From NCBI GenBank assembly GCA_000002445.1, contig CP000069.1, positions 992,001 through 1,056,000 of the forward strand: a stretch of DNA of 64,000 nucleotides, given 5' to 3'. A program made the position numbers and the translations under genes. Positions 59,415-64,000 of this stretch are shown here, piece by piece. The DNA comes from Trypanosoma brucei (Eukaryota). How positions within the stretch are numbered: the first letter of the stretch is position 1; each line of letters starts with the position of its first letter. Below the pieces are notes generated by a model. The model ran no database searches, was not told where the DNA came from, and worked only from the letters and a program-made list of their open reading frames with translations.

Positions 59415-60144
59415 TATAAATCCGCTACCTCAAATTACCACTTTATATACAATCCAACACTAATACTAAACTGACTCCTATGGTTCAACCACCTTTTCGC
59501 TGAATAAAAAAGCCCTTTGCTTTCTTCCGCTATCTACTGATACTGTTGCTCAAAGACTACACTATGGTTTCCCTTTGCTATCTTCCACAACGACAGAAGC
59601 CCCCGTTTGTATTCTGTTGGGTACGAGAGAAAAATACTGTCACTACCATACAGCAACAAAAAAAAAAGAAGTGAGAGGTAACGAAAAAGGGAAGAAACTC
59701 ATTGGAGTTAATATAATGACGATTACAGCAACCGAGTCACGTATCTCTTTCTGTTAAGCGGACTATCGATGTTTTCTGAAAACAATCGATTCGGGTTTGA
59801 CCCTAACCTCAACGCGCACATTCACTCGGCACTCACACACCGTAACCGAAGTGGAAGCCACCGCATCATTGATGATAGCACCAAAAGGCATTTTCCCCAC
59901 TACCACACGTCACGATCGTTAACGGCCAGTGTTCAGGGGTGAAAAAATAATTATTCGCGGGGGCCCTCCTCGCAACAACGGCCCAATTGATTTAAACTTA
60001 TTCGAATAAGTATATTATTATTATATATATATATATATATTGTTACGACAAAAGAGAAGATGAATGATGCGAATACTGTACCTTACCCAACTCACATTGA
60101 TGATGGGATATTCATTTCCCTGAGTCTCCTTCTGAGGGAAGGTA

Positions 60145-61245
60145 CTAATTCACTCTACCCTCACCATCATAACCTTTAGGATGTAACTTATTACTTCGTA
60201 GACTGACTTTCATCATATGTTCCTGGTAGTGCGCATCCTGTCGCTTCAACAGTTTATGCGCTTCCCTATGAACCTCACGCATTTCCTCACGCTCTTCCCT
60301 ACGCAAAGCAACTTGAGTTTCGTATTGAGCAGCGATAAGTAAGCGATGCTGTTCAATACGCGCGTTACTATCTTTCTTGCGTGGACGTGGGACTTCCGCC
60401 TCCCGTCGTTGTACGCAGCGCCTGCTGTCGGAAACAACCAGTTCCATGTTATTGAGATCGAGGCGCTCACCCACATCCACATCGGCAAGACTAATACTAT
60501 AAAACTCATCGTATTCAGGACCAAGAATAATTCGGTCGTGATTTTTCTCACGCATGTGGGCCCTAAGCGCTTCTAATGATGCGAATGATCTTGTCTTTTC
60601 CCCACAAACAAGGCAGAGCAGACCGTTCGTTTTGCGTGCCACGTAGGAAAGAAGTCCTGCAACGTCTGTACATTTCTCCTGTAGGGGAATTGTGAACTCA
60701 TGAACATTAAAAAGATGTTCCAAGTTTGCCTCCACGTTGTCTGAAAGAGCACCGCATGCAAAGCAACGGACTTCACTCACGTCTTCCTCACGCTCCTCCG
60801 GTTGCACCTTCACCTCTTTCGTTTTCTTCGTACCTTCGCTGAGAGCCTTCGGCCTCTTTGCGTTATGGCGCCGATGTAACCCAACCGCCGCACTACCCAA
60901 TGATGTGCTTGTCAAGGCACTTGCTGCATCAGAGTCACGAGCGAGGATTCGCTGCTCCTTTTTAATGAGATGAGCGGTAGAGCGAACATGCGCCTGAAGC
61001 GTTTGCACGCAATGGAACGTTTTCTTGCAAAGTTTACAGGCGAAAGACGGCCCACCGTCATTGTCCACGTCGATTCCCTCCGCTATACGCATATGTTTGT
61101 ACTCCTGAGCGGTAACTGGTCGCTTCCCTTCCACTCGCATCCGTACGTTATGCACATGAAAATCAGACTGGTAATGTTTGCGACTGGCTTCAATACTGTC
61201 GAATGCAACACCACATGCACCACACTGAGGAGCTGGCAGCGACAT
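60145..61245 (-). CDS. REI1 / ZNF622-like C2H2 zinc-finger protein (pre-60S maturation factor family).
   Basis: The track start at 61257 is TTG, and the ATG is at 61243-61245 (MSLPAPQCGACG). The N-terminal finger is CGACGVAFDSIEASRKHYQSDFHVHNVRMR (C..C..F......HY.SD.H.YNL+R signature). A later finger is CLVCGEKTRSFASLEALRAHMREKNHD, as in Rei1/ZNF622. Confidence 0.6.
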   Translation of the reverse strand: MSLPAPQCGACGVAFDSIEASRKHYQSDFHVHNVRMRVEGKRPVTAQEYKHMRIAEGIDVDNDGGPSFACKLCKKTFHCVQTLQAHVRSTAHLIKKEQRILARDSDAASALTSTSLGSAAVGLHRRHNAKRPKALSEGTKKTKEVKVQPEEREEDVSEVRCFACGALSDNVEANLEHLFNVHEFTIPLQEKCTDVAGLLSYVARKTNGLLCLVCGEKTRSFASLEALRAHMREKNHDRIILGPEYDEFYSISLADVDVGERLDLNNMELVVSDSRRCVQRREAEVPRPRKKDSNARIEQHRLLIAAQYETQVALRREEREEMREVHREAHKLLKRQDAHYQEHMMKVSLRSNKLHPKGYDGEGRVN

Positions 61246-61996
61246 AAGAAGCAGCAATCCTTCCTTACTTGTTTTATTTTTATTTTTTTTAATTTACACC
61301 TCCACCGTTTACCCGCTCTCGAGTTTGTGGGCTTGATGGTGCGTGGTGACTCAGTAATACGAACCCTTAACAAATATATGAGCCAAGGAACTAATACAAA
61401 TATGGAAATATATTTCTGCAATAACGATGCTACTCCGTAGTTCAACACGGTTTTGCCTTACCAGAGATTTACCTTCTTTTTTGAGAAGGGTTTCTTCCTT
61501 TTTTTCTTTTCTTTTCTAATCAAAGTGGATGATAAAGCGTAAAAGCAATAATTTAATAAAAAGAGGGTACAGATTTTAAAAAAAACAATAAACAAAATAG
61601 ATGACACAGCAAAAGAAACTGTTAGGGATAAATTATCTACAGCAAATGAAACTGCTTTTAATACTAATTGACGGTCAAAAAAAAAAACTCAAGTGAATCT
61701 GCACTAATCCACCCATGTGGAGAAACATTTCATAATATGTGCAAAGAAAGGGATGGGAGTACTTTTCTAAAAAAAAACAGGGAGGAGGAGGGGAGAAAAA
61801 AAGTAGCACTACAACAATCCGCACCTTAAGTAGAATTAGATGAAGAGGATAAATATTTAATTATATTTACGCATATTTATGTATACATTGTTTCGACTAT
61901 TGCTGTGGTTATTTCTTCCTTTCTTTCTGTTCCTTTCCAATATTGTAAAAACGGAGATGGAAACCATCCACAATCAAAACAATAGCAACAACACGA

Positions 61997-62015
61997 GGGG
62001 AGGGGAGGGGAGGGG
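61997..62015 (+). other. Canonical G-quadruplex motif G4-A-G4-A-G4-A-G4.
   Basis: The plus strand reads ggggaggggaggggagggg, about 750 bp upstream (in transcription direction) of the REI1-like gene. Confidence 0.8.
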
Positions 62016-64000
62016 AAGAACGAGCAGAAAACGTAAAAAAAAAAAGGAAAATAGAAGAAGTCGAAAGCAGGTACAACGAAAGGAAACGCCGACAACCAAA
62101 CAAATATATATATATGTTTATATTTATTTACTAATTATTTATTTTTTTTTACTTCTGTTGATATGCCCAACTTGTAGCAATGCCATATTTGTGTGTTCAA
62201 ATAGTTGGGAAAAACAACCACTCGTCGGAAGGGATTTGTCATTCTCGACAAACAACCGAACAAAACAACGAATTTACAAGAATAATTATTCATCCCAGCG
62301 TTATTCAAACAAACTAGTGGTTGAAAACATTATTCATTACCACATAACTAAAAAAAAAGGGAAAAAGTTGACTCTTCGAATTTTATATGATTAATTTTTT
62401 TTTTTAATAGTCTTTCCCGTAATTAGTCATTACCTTAACGTTTCGACTTCATTCTTGTTTTTATTTCTGCTTTCCCTCCACTCTCCACCCACACCCTCCC
62501 ACGGATACTTAAAAACAAAAACATAAATATTTTCCTCCTTTCTTCTCCTTAAGGATCGTCAGCAATACAATGTTGAAGACATAAGTAACCACAAAACACC
62601 CCTACACACTGCCATCAACTTCAACGACAAAAACAAAAACAAACAACAAAATGACAGCGAAACGTACAAGAAAAAAAAACAGTAACCATATCAAGTTTCT
62701 TTTTTCCTGTTGTTTCACATTTACCAACACTAATAATAATAATACCTATTTTTTCTTTCAGTGCCAAACAGGCATAATTCAGTTGCAAAGTCGGCAGCGG
62801 AGGGGGAAATTGCCGCCTTCTCTCACGTGTAGAGGTAAGGAAACGTATAATCAGATGTTTAAGAGGTAAATAAGAGAGAAATAGTAGCACGCAGGGGGAA
62901 AAAAGGAAAAGAAAAAGCGACAAGTGAAGCGTTCAGTTGGAAACCTGCCATAATTTTCTTTTTTTTTTCCTTTCCCTCCCTTATTTCTCCGTTACTAACC
63001 ACTGGTTTAATAAATGTTTCATAAGCTTTATGTTCCTCGTGATATAAAAACTTTTGGTGCATAAATACATAAAAATATATATATATATATATATATATCA
63101 CAATTAGAACCAATTTGCCCACTTAAATATATTTATCTCTTTCGTCACCTTGACCTCTTACACCTCAGAATCCTATTTCCGTATGTTTATGTTTATTTGC
63201 TTCCGGTTCACCGGCAATTTGGCGTCGGATGCAATACAAAACGAAACCTGACTTTACCATAATCAACATTAAGTAGAAACAAAAATAAAGAAAGAAAAAG
63301 GGAGTTTTTATTTATTTTTTTAAAAAAGGTTAAGACGAATGTTCGTGACAACTATTTCTTCTCTTTTTTAAAAAAATTCCACCATTATCCACCCGCTAAT
63401 TCGATTGCACTTTTCAGTTTTATTTATCCTTATACACGACGTGGCATGCTATATCAAACCAGTGCTTTTCCTCTCAAAACCCTTCTGCTATTGTACCTCC
63501 TGCTCCTAACTTACTTATATTTTCTGCACATGTATAGACAAATACACGTAAATTTGCTATAAACAGGCGAATAAATGAATGAATAGACGGTTATGTAGCA
63601 ATTTTTTTGTTATAATAATATTAATAATGAAACTAACAGCAAGAATTGCATTCATCTACATTCTCTTTCCTCGCTTTCCTTAATTTTCCCTCACTACCCT
63701 CAACTAATGACAACCATTAGCATCCTCAGAGCCCCCTTTTTTATTGTTTATTTACTTTCTTTTTAGTGCACCAAAGGAAATCAAGCAGAAAAACAACAGA
63801 AAGAATACAACACAAAAGAGTAAACCGCAAGGAATCAAAGATGATGACGCCAATAAACAGTATCAAACAGGAATCAAAAAACAAAGCGATCATCAACTAA
63901 TAATAGTGCGACCTCCTATAACAAAATAAATAAATAAATAAACGCTAGACCAGGGAGCTGTGGAGTGACAGCAGAAAGGTAAAAGCACCGAGTTTAAATT

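Noticed and set aside
55397-61257. ORF-track start coordinates taken at face value (28362, 29858, 55397, 61257, and also 5403 and 1612).
   Set aside because: Checking the codons shows these are TTG or GTG. The track uses alternative initiators and prints M. The starts were moved to the first in-frame ATG (28359, 29816, 55298, 61245).

Overview
This window looks like an African-trypanosome (Trypanosoma brucei-like) chromosome-internal region. The call rests on four cues: an ingi-type non-LTR retroposon, a VSG-like pseudogene, AT/low-complexity intergenic DNA, and a ZFP1-like small CCCH protein. All of these, including the gene calls below, are assigned by eye from translated motifs, with no database search run.

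The left ~14 kb is a retroelement/VSG island:
- the 3' terminus and poly(A) of one ingi/RIME copy at the window start;
- a frameshifted VSG-like surface-glycoprotein pseudogene;
- two near-identical ingi-type retroposon copies arranged tail-to-tail. Together they form a ~3.9 kb x 2 inverted repeat with a ~0.5 kb asymmetric spacer. Both copies carry the same frameshifts.

From 15.4 kb to the window end, every convincing gene lies on the minus strand, as one polycistronic unit. In order of coordinate:
- a coiled-coil hypothetical protein;
- a MALSU1/RsfS(iojap)-like mitochondrial protein;
- a Ser/Thr protein kinase fused to C-terminal parallel beta-helix repeats;
- a Nudix-like protein;
- a large WD40 protein;
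- two hypothetical proteins;
- a 2-RRM RNA-binding protein;
- a 102-aa CCCH zinc finger with a PY motif (ZFP1-like);
- RME-8/DNAJC13 (J domain plus IWN repeats, 2236 aa);
- a CDKAL1-type radical-SAM methylthiotransferase;
- a DUF155/RMND1-like protein;
- a divergent mitochondrial-carrier-like protein;
- a REI1/ZNF622-like C2H2 protein.

A ~16 kb tract (30.2-46.4 kb) is extremely low-complexity and holds only the RRM and ZFP1-like genes, which implies very long UTRs.

The ORF track uses alternative start codons, so four CDS starts were re-derived from the sequence. No tRNA, rRNA or CRISPR feature could be supported.
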